NCBI RefSeq assembly: GCF_009914755.1
Contig: NC_060931.1
DNA from: the human T2T-CHM13v2.0 reference genome, Homo sapiens
DNA length: 64,000 nucleotides
Direction: 5' to 3' (one strand)
Positions 14,759 through 26,462 of the stretch are shown here, one piece after another (the stretch's first letter is position 1; every line of letters begins with the position of its first letter). The translations under genes and the position numbers were made by a program. Under the pieces are notes generated by a model. The model saw nothing but the letters and a program-made list of their open reading frames with translations, made no database searches and was not told where the DNA came from.

Positions 14759-15872
14759 CCTTACTTACTTTTCTAGAAAGAAAATCATCACTTACAACTT
14801 TCTTATGTTTTAGCATTATGAAGTTTCTTTAAAACTCCCAAAGCACTTCACATGTTTTCTCGCCTCAGTGACTTTGCACACGCCATTGTCTTGTTTCTCT
14901 GCTGCCAACAGTGGTCTCTATTGTTTGCCCAGCAAATTGCTGACTGTCCTTTAAAACCCAGAACAGAATTCATTCCTTCAAGAAGAGCTGATCATTCCTT
15001 CATCTGTGCAACCCTGCCTATTATCCATAGGTGTTTTATTTTATTATGCAGTCCTAAAAATGGTGCTGCTGAACTTTTCTTTCTATGAAAAAAAATGTTC
15101 TTTGTGTATTATTCAGGAAACTAAGCATATGACAAATACAGTGTGTGTGTTTACCTTTACATGTAAAGTTATCGAGAAGAATTTAAATTGAGATTTTAGC
15201 TGTACTCACAGTTGATTCTGATTGGCTTTTTTTTTTTTCTGAATGTCTTTACTCCTGTGGACTTTAAAGTAGTAAATGTGTATGACTTCGGTAATATTTT
15301 AAGGTTTAAGAAAGCAATCTATTCACTCTTGGAAAAGGTGAATTTAATGGTGCAATTGCCACCTTTGGTGAACAATTAAAAGCAGAATTGAAAGAATGTT
15401 GACCATGAGGTAATCTCATTCGATCTGCCAAGGGATATTTTTTGCTGTGAGGGCTGGGTGTCTAGTGACAGTAAACCGTAGTCACAGATAAGGAGAGAGG
15501 GTGGTTTTCAGTTGGAAGGAGGTGGTATCACATGACTACTCTCTGTTGGAATGAGGAGAGAGAATTGAGCTTCACAGAGAAGGTTTAGTTTTGAAGTGTA
15601 ACTAGATTCAATACAATTTCTTCATTTTTGTGTTTTTTTCTTTTCAATAATATATTTCCTAGGTGCTTAAGTGAATATTTTCAGAAATAGAACAAATAAC
15701 CGAAGTTTTAAAATAAGGATATTCAGATAAAAGTGAGGTAAAAGAATATCATCTGGGCCCCTTGTGGAAGAGTCCCCTGGCATTGCCACGCATGATGGGA
15801 GCCCTCCAGGGGAAGCCCCACAGCCAGAGCCTTGTCTTCTCTGGCCATGCACTAGTGCAGCATTTGACATGA

Positions 15873-16173
15873 TTTTTTTTTCTTTTTATTTTTTTGAGAT
15901 GGAGTTTTGCTCTTGTTGCCCAGGCTGAAGTGCAATGGTGTGATCTTGGCTAACTGCAACCTCCACTTCCTGGGTTCAAGCAATTCTCTTGCCTCAGCTT
16001 CCTGAGTAGCTGGGATTACAGGCATGGGACACCACGCCCAGCTAATTTTGTATTTTTAGTAGAGATGGGGTTTCTCCAAGTTGGTCAGGCTGGTCTCAAA
16101 CTCCTGACCTCAGGTGATCTGTCTTGGCCTCCCAAAATGCTGGGATTACAGACAAGAGCCACCTCACCCAGCC
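15873..16173 (-). mobile_element. Full-length AluSp/Sq-like
   Basis: Both arms. TSD ttgac(a/c)tgattttt at 15864 and 16174. Confidence 0.95.
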
Positions 16174-18571
16174 TTGACCTGATTTTTAACCAGTGCTCTC
16201 AGAGGTGGCTGATTAGCTCTTACCACAGCGACGTCATCACTTTTGTCAAAACCAAAAGATAATTGGTAGGGACGGCAGTACTTCCACAGAGTGTTAGTAG
16301 GACACAAACCTGGCTGCACCCTCCCTAGGCTCTGTGGTTCTAGTCATCAGTCCCTTATGTGCACTTGTTGGCAGGTACTTGATATACTCTGCTCTTATGT
16401 ATTTGCTTATATGTCTTCTGGATCATGAGCTCCTTGAAGGCAGGGGCTGTTGCTGAAACAATCTTTATTTCAAAGTCTGCCATGTGGTCATAGCAGTTAA
16501 ATATTTAATCTAGTGTAAATTAATCATTTAATTTAATTTAACTTTGTGGTGCCATAAACCAGACATCATCTAGTGTCAGCATGCCTTGATTAAAGCTACA
16601 GAGTTTTGGAAGAAATAGAATTTGTGTAACTCTCAGTCTTGATGATTTGCTTTTCTCCAAAGTAATAAGATGTATCTGCAAGTATAACTTGGAGAGTGGG
16701 GAGCTCTCAGATTCTCATTCTTCTCCTTGGCATTCTTTTGGGCTTTTGGGAAGAGCAGCACTTGGTCAGACCAGTCATTTTTCTTTCAGTGTGAAGAAAC
16801 TAATCCTCGCTGGAGGCTGACTTTGACAGAAAATCACTGCGAGTGCCTGGAACGTGGGTTCTGAGTAGGAGTCCATGAGGGCTAGTTACTAAGGAAGAAA
16901 CAGTGGAGAGAGGCAAGTGTCAGGATCAGGAGGGCAAAGGTTGAGATGGGCCTGCTTTCCTAGTTCAACTGCAGTCTAGCGATGTCCAAGAACATTTGGA
17001 CAGTCATCTCAGACAGGAGCCCAGTTATATTCTCTGAATTTGACTAAATTTGGGGACAAAAAAATATTTGACAAACTACCTGTTAGAAATATTTTCTGTG
17101 CCCATGTAGGCAAGGGTGACACATGCAGCATTGAGTGAGTGAACAGGCAGGTGCATGTAGTTCTGCACAGTCATTCTCAACTATTCTTCCCTATTCTGTG
17201 ATGGATAGTACTCACACGTGGTACACTATCTCTCCCAGTAAAGCACACAGAGGCTGGAGGCTGGAGGATATTCCCTGTGGAATAGCTGTAATTCTGCGTT
17301 GCCCTCTCCTCTTCCAGGGAACATGTTGGAACACATGGAAAAGATGTCATAACAGATGGAACTTAAATGCAGGCTGAGAAGCTCACATTTCCATTGAAAG
17401 CAGTTTTCTCGCTAAGGCTGGAGATGAGCAGCCTTTATATTTTTGTACCTGAAGTTTTGTACCTACTGAAATAGACCCTTTTGCTCTCAATGGTCCCTCT
17501 TAGTGATGTTGCTGTAGATCAAGTACCCCACTCACTGTTCTGAAAGAAGAATGTGTCATCCATGTCAGCCTAGCAGGAGTCTGGGACACAGAAACCTTGC
17601 TGTGTATGGTTAGGCAAAATGTATCTCTTATGTATTGATTTGATTCTGCTTTATGTTTTTTCCTAGAAGCCAAGGACTTTTCTGGAAGAAAGAGAAATAG
17701 AACACAAATATCATCTCTGAAGTTTACAATAATTAACTAGAATCTGTTTGATGCATTAGAAGGGTGGCAAATAAAACCAGCTACCAAGAAAGGTCAACAG
17801 GGTACCCTAGGAGGAAACTCACCATCAGGGAGGGATCTAAATGAGTGATTTGGATGTAACCCAGAGCCTAGATATTCTCAGAAAAAGGCTGGATCAAGAC
17901 ACAATTTGTGGCTGTACCGTACCCTTTCCTGATGCAGTTCCCATTATTTTACTCTTTCCTCCTATCTTCTACTGGGAAGATAGCTGCATGTATGCAAACT
18001 CAAAGAGCTGTTGTCTCAGAGCCCAGAACTGTTGGGTGTTGCGTCCTGTGGCTGTTGCTGTAGGACACCCCTGGTCGAGTGTACTATTAAAGAGTCAAAC
18101 ACTTTCATCTGTTACAGAGAAACATTGAAGGATCAATGCTGTAGACAGCATATTACACAGGGTTGCTGGAGTGCCAGCTGTGCAAGGATGGCTGGGCCTT
18201 GGTTACCATGGTGATTCCTTGGGCAAGCAGAGCCCAGCTTAGAGCTGTGGGATCACACTGGCTTACTGCTCGCTGGGTCCCAGCAGAACACGGGGCTTGC
18301 ACCACCTGCCCAGAAGTGAGCAGATTAGAGATCAGCTGTCGTGGGCACAGCTGGTTTTGTGTTCTCCAGACAGATGGCAGCAGCAGGGAAACACCAAGGA
18401 GAGCTGATTATTCAGGAGTATAAACTACAGTAGAGAGTCTTAGCATGACCTGGATAGAAGTCCAGAATAAAATCTCACTTTCCAACCATGTGCTTGGGGA
18501 CATTGTCATTACAGTTTGAATACTGGAGGAAATATGACTGTGTTTTCATTAATGAACTAATAAGTTGATTC

Positions 18572-19865
18572 ATTTTTTATTGTATATATTTATAGTGCAC
18601 AACATGAGGTATTCATACATGTAGTGAATTTATTATTACAGGTAAGTAAAGTATAGGTACTTAACTTGGAGTACCTTTACTTTTATAGCATGAAATACTA
18701 CCCGTTCTTTAAAAAGAATAAAATCATGTCCTTTGCAGGAACATGGATATAATTGGAGGTCATCATCCCAAGTTAATTAAAGTAGAAACAAAAAACCAAA
18801 TACTGCATGTTCTCACTTATAAGTCAGATCTAAACACTGGGCACTTATGGAAATAAAGACGGGAACAATAGACACTGGGGACTGCTAGAAACGGGAAGAG
18901 AGGGCAAGAAGGACTGAAAAGCTACCTATTGGGTACTATACTTACTATCTGGGTGATGGGATCATTTGTACTTCTAACCTTGGCATCATGCTATATACCC
19001 ATGTAACAAACCTGCACATGTACCCCTGAATCTAAAATAAAAGCTGAAGTTATTTTTAAAAGTGATGAATAAAAGGATGAGAGAGAAATATCATTAATTG
19101 CATGTATAGATGAGATAACTGATACTTAGAATAATTTGTCCAATATCATACAGCATAAGCAAAACACTGTCTTTCTGATTGCATTTTTGTACTATGGTAC
19201 ATTATCTAGAGACATGCCTCATTCAAATACATAATGCATTAAATGTTATAATTTATGTAGAATAGTGTATTACTTTCATGTTACAATTTTTTTCAGTTAA
19301 GATGAATCTAGTAAACATAAAATTAAAGTGATTTAATTATATGTAAACATTTTCATTTTAAATGCTTAATATAAAATTCACCCCCTTACCAAATTTTCAA
19401 TATACAATACAATATTATTAACTGTAGTCTCCCTGCTGTACATCAGATCTCTAGACTTGTTCAGCATACATCATAGCATTTGGACTCTTTGACCTGCATG
19501 TCCCCATTTCTTTTTCTTTCCAGCCCCTGATAACCACCATTCTAACTCTCTGTTTCTATGTATTTGACTTTCATTTGGATTCTACATATAAGTGAGATCA
19601 TGTAGTATTTTTCTTTCTGTGATTTCGTTTATTTCACTTAGCACAGTGTCCTTCAGGTTCATCCATGTGGTAGCAAGTAGCAGTGTCTCCTCCTTTTTAT
19701 AAGGCCACTGAATATTCCGCTGTAGATATATACCACAATGTCTTTATCTATTCATCCATTGATGGATACTTAGGTTGTTTCCATAACTTGGCTATTGTGA
19801 ATGATGCTGCAATGAATGTGAGAGTGCAGATATCTCTACCAGGTGCTGATTTAATTTCCTTTGTG
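18572..19865 (-). mobile_element. L1MA-type 3' end, interrupted by a locally duplicated segment (18684-19356)
   Basis: Antisense L1MA 3'UTR at 18572-18683 continues at 19361 (aaattttcaatatacaatacaatattattaactgtagtc...gagtgcagatatctct). Confidence 0.8.
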
Positions 19866-21401
19866 GCAAAACCAGACGCATATAAAACTTCAAGTTCAGA
19901 ATAGCTCTACTTTGAGATAGAAATTGAGGATAAGAAAGGGAACTTACACAGACAATTAATTTCTGGCCAGGAAAGACTTCAGGGGGCCAGCTAAGTTCAC
20001 TCACAGAGGAATAAGGAAAATATCACTTTCAGCTTCTAGGGAAACAGTGTCTTCTGTATTATTTCAGCTCTTAATTTAGTTGATTTTTGAATTTCTCTTC
20101 TCTGCTTCTGACACTTAGGGTTTATTAGGTCAGAGGACAAGTTGCAGAAGAAACATTTTTGTTCTCCAATTTGTGTGTGTGTGTGTGTGTGTGTGTGTGA
20201 TCTTATGATTAAGATTGTCAAAGGGAAGAAAGTTATAGGTTCTTTAATAGCACAGGGAGGGCAAAATGTACATAGTTTTGAAGACCATATGACCTGGATG
20301 ACTGGAAAAATGAGAAGGAAATAAGAAACCAACTGTTACTGAGAGCCTGCCATGTTTGACACTCTACATATTATTTAAAAAAATTCATATGACATGAAAT
20401 CATCTGCTCCTTGAGAACAGTGACCATGTCTTGTTCAATGCACTCTGTGCTGTGTGAGGTACATGGTAGGTACTCAATAAATATTTGTTGAGCTTATACA
20501 CTCTTGGTGGGAATGTAAATTAGTTTAGCCACTGTGGAAAGCAGTTTAGAGATTTCTCAAAGAAATAAAAAACAAACTACCATTCTACCCAGCAATCCCA
20601 TTACTGGGTATATACTCAAGGGAAATACATCCTTCTACAAACAAGACACATACATTCATGTTCACTGCAGCACTATTCACAATAACAAAGACATGGAATC
20701 AACCTAGGTACCTATCTACAGTAAACTGGATAAAGAAAATATGGTACGTATACCATGGAATACTACACATTCTTTAAAAAGAATAAAATTATGTCTTTGC
20801 AGGAACATGAATGTGGCTGGAGGCCATCACCCTGAGTGAATTAACACAGAAACAGAAAACCAAATATTGCATGTTCTCACTTATAAGTGGGAGCTAAACA
20901 CTGAGAACTCACAGGCATGAAGATGGGAACAATAGTTACTGGGGACTACTAGAGGGGGAAAGGGAGAGAAGGACTGGAAAGCTGCCTATTGGGTACTATA
21001 ATCACTATCTGGGTGTTGAGATAATTCGTACTCCTAACCTTGGCATCATCCTATATACCCATGTAAGTAACCTGCCCGCCTACCCCCGAATCTAAAACAA
21101 AAGTTGAAATTATTTTAAAAGACTTGAATAAAAGGATGAGAGAGTGATATCATTAATTGCGTGTATAGATGAGATAATTGATACTCAGGATAATTTGCCC
21201 AATATCACACAGCAAAAGCTAAACACTAAGTCTTTCTGATTATATTTTCATAATATAGTACATTATTATTATTCAAATAAGTAATGCATTGTTATAATTT
21301 ATGTAGAATTGTGTATTGGTTTTATGTGACAATTTTTTTCATGAAGACAACCTAGTAAACATAAAACTAAATATGATTTAATTGTATGTAAGCATTTTCA
21401 T
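18684..21401 (+). repeat. Direct duplication of ~660 bp: copy 1 at 18684-19356, copy 2 at 20749-21401
   Basis: The two copies align through the L1 3' end and ~290 bp of downstream non-L1 flank (gaataaaaggatgagagag...ctagtaaacataaaa...cattttcat). Confidence 0.9.
20491..21120 (+). mobile_element. L1PA15/16-like 3' end inserted in an L2 3' tail
   Basis: L1 3' end from gcttatacactcttggtgggaatg to ctaaaacaaaagttgaaatt. The L2 tail ctcaataaatatttgttga immediately precedes it. Confidence 0.85.
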
Positions 21402-21477
21402 GTAAAAAGTTCTACAATTCAGAAAATAAATCTGTCCAATCATGTATTTTTATTTGATTTGGAAAATAATATGACTG

Positions 21478-23619
21478 GGGGGCAGGGCCAAGATGGCCGA
21501 CTAGAATCAGTGTCAGTCAGAGTCTTCCATTGAAAAGAACCAAAACAGTGTGCGAATCCTCCACTGGCAACCCAGATATCCAGGTTCTGTCATCAGGACT
21601 GAGTAGGAGGCTGGGGTGACCCACGGAGAGGAAGGAAGAGCAGTGTGATGGGCGGCCCACCTGAGAGCCATAAGGGGCGGAGGAGACCTCAACCCCCAGC
21701 CAACGGAGGTGGTGAGTGAGCACACTACCCAGCCTGGGAAACTGTGCTTTTTCCATGCAACTGAGCGACCCACAGATCAGAAGATCCCACTCGTGAACCC
21801 AAGCCACCGTGGCCTAGCGTCCCAACTATGGAGCCATGCAGATTCTCAACAGCCACTCAGCTAGAATCTGCCTAAGCTTGCCCAGTTCTTGAGGAGAGGG
21901 GAGGCCATCGCCACAGCTGCAGCTGCCTGCTGTCTAAGCCTTCTGGGCTCCTTGGAGGAGGGGCGGCAGGCAACACTGGGAATGCTAGCTGCCTAACACA
22001 CTATGCTCCCAGGGCAGGGGAAGGGCGGCAGCCATCTCTATAGCTCCAGGCCACGCTTTTCCTCTGCTGGAGCCAAGGAGGCTGGACGGTTGGGTCCCAA
22101 GAGGTATTCGCCACAGCCTAACAAACCGGCTGTGGCAGACTACGGCCAAAGTGCCTCTTCAGGCCTGACCTTGACCCATTCCTCCTCACTGGGTGGGGCC
22201 TCCCTGCAGGAATTCCAACAACTCCAACCAGGGGCTCAGGGACAGAACTCTAATCTCCCTGGGCCTGAGCCCATGAAGGGGTGGCCATAGTCTCCGTGGA
22301 CCAGCAGACTTGGTCTTTTGTTCTTCTAGTTCTGAGGAATCGGAGCAGCCCAGAGGAGTAGGTTTCCCCACAGCGAGGCACACCCCCTCTACCAAGGGAC
22401 AGCCAAAGTGCTTCGTTAAATGGGTCCTGCATCCCATGCCATCCAACTGAGTGAGATCCTCCAACAGAGGTTGTCAGACACCTTATATGGGAGCATTTCT
22501 ACTGGCATCACATTGGTGCCCCTCGAGGTCAGAGATCCCAGAGGAAGGAGCAGGCATCCATCTTTGCTGTTCTCCAGTCTCCTCGAGTGACATCTCCAGG
22601 CACGGGAGTGAACCTGATGAATAGGGCCTGAAGTGAACTCCCAGCAAACCACAGCAGCCCTAGAGAAGAGGGAGCTGACTATTAAAAAACAAACAAACAA
22701 ACAAACAGAAAGCAACAACAATAGCATCAACAAAAAAGTCCCCACAAATCCTCATCCAAGGATCAACAGCCTCAAAGATCAAAACTAGACAAACTTATGA
22801 AGAAGAGAAAAAATAAAAAAAAAACACAGAAAACCCAAAAGGCCAGAGTGCCTCTTCTCTTCCAAATGATCACAACACCTCTCCAGCAAGGGCACAGAAC
22901 TGGACGGAGGATGACATGGATGAACTGACAGAAGAAACAATAGATGCTGGCAAGGCTGTGGAGAAATAGAAATGCTTTTACACTGTTGGTGGGAATGTGA
23001 ATTAGTTCAACCATTGTGGAAGACAGTGTGGCAATTCTTCAGGGATCTAGAACCAGAAATTCCGTTTGACTCAGCAATCCCATTACTGGGTACATAACCA
23101 AAGGAATATAAATCATTCTACTATAAAGATACATGCACATGTATGTTTATTGCAGCACTATTTACAATAGCAAAGACATGGAACCAACCCAAATGCCCAT
23201 CAATGATAGATTGGTTAAATAAAATGTGGTACATATACACTATGGAATACTATGCAGCCATAAAAACAAATGAGATCATGTGCTTTGCAGGGACATAGAT
23301 GAAGCCAGAAGCCATCTTGTTCAGCAAACCAACACAGGAACAGAAAACCAAACACTACATGTTCTCACTCATAAGTGGGAGTTGAACAATGAGAACACAT
23401 GGACACAGGGAGGGGAACATCACATATGGGGACCTGTAGGGGGAGGAGGAGAGGGAGATCATCAGGACAAATAGCTAATGCATTTGGGGCTTAAAGCCTA
23501 GATGACGGGTTGATAGTTGCAGCAAACCACCATGGCACATGTATACCCATGTAACAAACCTGCATGTTCTGCACATGTATCCAGAAACTTAAAGTAAAAT
23601 AAAAATTAAAAACAATAAT
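21478..23619 (+). mobile_element. L1PA (about PA8-PA11) with intact 5'UTR and 3' end but ORF1-ORF2 interior missing; 13 bp TSD
   Basis: Starts gggggcagggccaagatggccgactag. 5'UTR plus ~45 codons of ORF1 run to 22933, fused to the ORF2 end and 3'UTR (gaaacaatagatgctgg...). TSD aataatatga(c/t)tg at 21465-21477 and 23620-23632. Confidence 0.9.
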
Positions 23620-23663
23620 AATAATATGATTGTAAAGATAGATCACGTTTAAAGAGGGCAGCT

Positions 23664-24420
23664 CACTGTGGTGTACTGGTAATTTTTGAACAACTGGTTC
23701 CCTTCTCCCTAAAAAAAACCTCTGTGTGTGTGTGTATGTATGTGCGTGTGTGTGTATGTATGTGTATATGCATATATATTATATACACAATATTATTTAT
23801 TATAAATTCCATACAGCCAGTTAGTTCCCACAGAATGCTTTTATTAATTTTTACCAAACTCTTATCTATAGCCAACCTTTGTTTGCAACTGATGAATAAG
23901 TTAGTTGACACATTTGTTTATCTCATGTAAGACAAAAGTCAAACAATGAAGACTCACGTCTCGGAAATTCACTGTTTTGTCCATGGTGTGAGCAAGTTCC
24001 CTGTTGAATTGTGTAATAGTGGTTGAATACTAGAAAACTGTATTTTTCATTTCAGTGCTGGTCAGTGTAATAACTACAGACACACAACACACTTCTAAGT
24101 TTAATCTGCTTTATCAACATTTTCTCTACCACTTCCATAAGTCTAGACAGTCAATAAAAAATAAATTGAGCCCTGATTTGTAGTATTTGCCAATTCCCAC
24201 CAGGCCAATTTCAAGCTATCCGAGTGATGTCACCAAACACAGATTTGGGAAGAAATGTGCAGTGACACAGCATTATGTAGAACTCGCAACTTGCAACTAA
24301 GACATAAGTAACTTCAAAAGTATAAATAAATAAAACACAGTAATTGATAAGTTCTAGTAAGTGATGAGTTCTACACATTATTACTTGAATTTTTAATAAT
24401 GGCTAGTTGGTAGAGAATGT
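23664..24420 (+). mobile_element. Arthur1-like hAT-Tip100 fragment
   Basis: Terminal motif c(a)ctgtggtgtactggtaatttttgaacaactggttc resembles the Arthur1 TIR. Contains a (TG)n/(TA)n tract at 23723-23785. Confidence 0.55.
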
Positions 24421-24729
24421 AAATCAGTTTAGTTTCTACAGCAGTGACATCAGATTCCAATGAAGGGGTGAGAAAAGAAAGTGAAAAACAGAAGAAAGGG
24501 GAAAGAAATATTTGAGCATGTGATGTGGGCTAGGTACTTTCCTTACATGAGCTCCTTTAGAGTCCTTTCTCCAACTTTCGAATGAACAAAATGAGTCCCA
24601 GCAAAGCACCTCCTCCTTTGGCCACAGGACGCTGCCTCAGAAGGAGAGCCACCAGTTCCTGTTGCTCCTGGCTGCTTTTCTTTGTGTTCCGTTTCCTCTA
24701 TTTAACTCAAATTACTGAGAAGTAGTCTG

Positions 24730-25323
24730 CTTATGTTTTAGTTATAAGCCTCTGATGGAAAGCTGGGGCAGCCACCCACTAGGGAAGATAGATGGCCAGA
24801 CCCTCTCTCTTCATCTCTCTGGCAGCCAGAACTTAGGTGACCCAGCAGGGCCTAATCAGACATACATGCCCAGCACTTGAACATGGGAGCCGTGGATGGT
24901 GGAGAATTTATTCCGACTAGTGTGACCAACTGTCCTGCTTTGCTGAAGACAGAGGGGGTTCTCAGGAGCCCAGACTATCAGTTTAAAACCAGCAAAGAGT
25001 TTTGAGCATACCAGCGCAAGTGGGTCACCTGCTGCTGGAGTCTGGGGGTGGCAGTTTCAGCCTCAGTGTGCAGGGTCAACAGTGACTGCAGGGGAAGCTG
25101 CAGCATCTGCAGTGCGGCGTTGACCACCCTAAGATCAAGTTCTGAGTCTTGATTTGGGCTGTGGTTCTGGCTGCCCTCCGTTCATGCCTATTTTCAGAAA
25201 CTAGTTCTGCATCTTCCCAATTATTCTGTGAACCAACTAATAACCTTGCAAAACCTCCTTTTCTGTTTAATGTCAGCCAAGGCAAAGTTTCTGCTGCTTG
25301 CAGGGAATAGCCCTGGACTGACA
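24730..25323 (+). mobile_element. LTR33/LTR16-like ERVL LTR with nested MER94-like hAT-Blackjack MITE (24918-25030)
   Basis: LTR 3' motifs (tctgtgaaccaactaata...tttctgctgcttgc...ctgaca). Nested element tagtgtgaccaactgtcc...gggtcacct. Confidence 0.55.
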
Positions 25324-25747
25324 CCATGCTTCTCTCAGCTTTCCTTACTGTTGTTCCATCTCCCAGCAATGGCTGGCTCTGGAGTTCATTGTTCTGTGCT
25401 CCGCATAGGTGAAGTCTCCAGGGAAAAGTGCTTCTTTCTAAGGCACTGTCAGACTTACGGAAGTGATTTATTTAATAGATAAACCAGCACTGATGACTTC
25501 TAACCAGTTAAAGCTGATTGTTTTTTCCAGTCAGGAATTCTGGTAAAACCATATACCTCTATCCATAGTGTTAGTCCCTAATTGCCAGGCATGGGCTGTA
25601 GAGTTTAAGTGGGACTAGAGACCAACACACGTACGATAAACAATAGAGGTAGGAAATATACCTCAAATTTCCTGGCTATTGATTGATTCATAAAACTATT
25701 TTATAATGATCCAAAGGATTAAGCAACAAATAAAGTCATTAAAATAG

Positions 25748-25971
25748 TGTACTTAAAAGTTGCACTTTGCAAAATGGGTATGTTATCTAGGTACTCGTAC
25801 ACTATTTTTGTACTGCTGGTCCTGTACCAGAAACATTTTTTTTTCCATTGTTACTTGCTTTTTAAACTTTGCTTAGCCACTTAAAGAAAATCTGCTTGCA
25901 CAATTTGCCTCAAATCCACTCCCATTGTGAGCTGATTTTTTAATTTTTCCAATTAAAAAAATCACAATTTA
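25748..25971 (+). pseudogene. 5'-truncated processed retrocopy of the distal CALM2 (calmodulin 2) 3'UTR; no coding sequence
   Basis: tgtacttaaaagttgcact...ggtactcgtacactatttttgtactgctggtcctgtaccagaaacatttt...gccacttaaa...aatttgcctcaaatcca...ttttccaattaaaaaaatcacaattta matches my recollection of the CALM2 mRNA 3' end, including the polyA-signal region. Confidence 0.75.
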
Positions 25972-26089
25972 TGCCCCCTCCCCCGCAAAACTCCTTAAAT
26001 CATAGTGAGACAAACCTTCCATGAGGCCAGACTATGCCCTTCTCATTCAATAGGGTTAGTATTCAGGACCAAAAGAGCTAACCATCTAA

Positions 26090-26405
26090 GTTTAAATACA
26101 ATAGAAATATAATGCCAGCCATGTGAGAAAATTTAAATTCCCTAGTAACTACATTTTTTAAAAAGTAAAAAGAAATAGGTGAAATTCGTATATCATTTTG
26201 TTTAACATAATATGTTAAAAATATAATCGCTTCAACTTGTAATCCATATAAGGATATTAACAATATATCTTACATTTCTTTTCTTTAATAGTGAGACTTC
26301 AAAATTCAGTGTGTAGTTTACCTTCAAGCACATCTCAACTAGGACGACCACATTTCAAGGGTTCAGCCCCATTTGACTTGGGGCTGCTGCCTTAAGCAGT
26401 GCAGG
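26090..26405 (+). mobile_element. MER33/MER3-like hAT-Charlie MITE
   Basis: caatagaaatataatgccagcca...gcacatctcaactaggac..ccacatttcaag...gcagtgcag. Confidence 0.7.
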
Positions 26406-26462
26406 TCCAAGATATAAGCCCAAGCAAGACAAGGGTTGTCTCCGCATCCTCCTTCATGTGAG

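Noticed and set aside
17840-18430. GC-richer block with overlapping ORFs and an LTR-like end (attaaa...tgttaca)
   Set aside because: Probably an ancient LTR remnant, but I cannot assign a family or boundaries. The ORFs have no recognisable homology.
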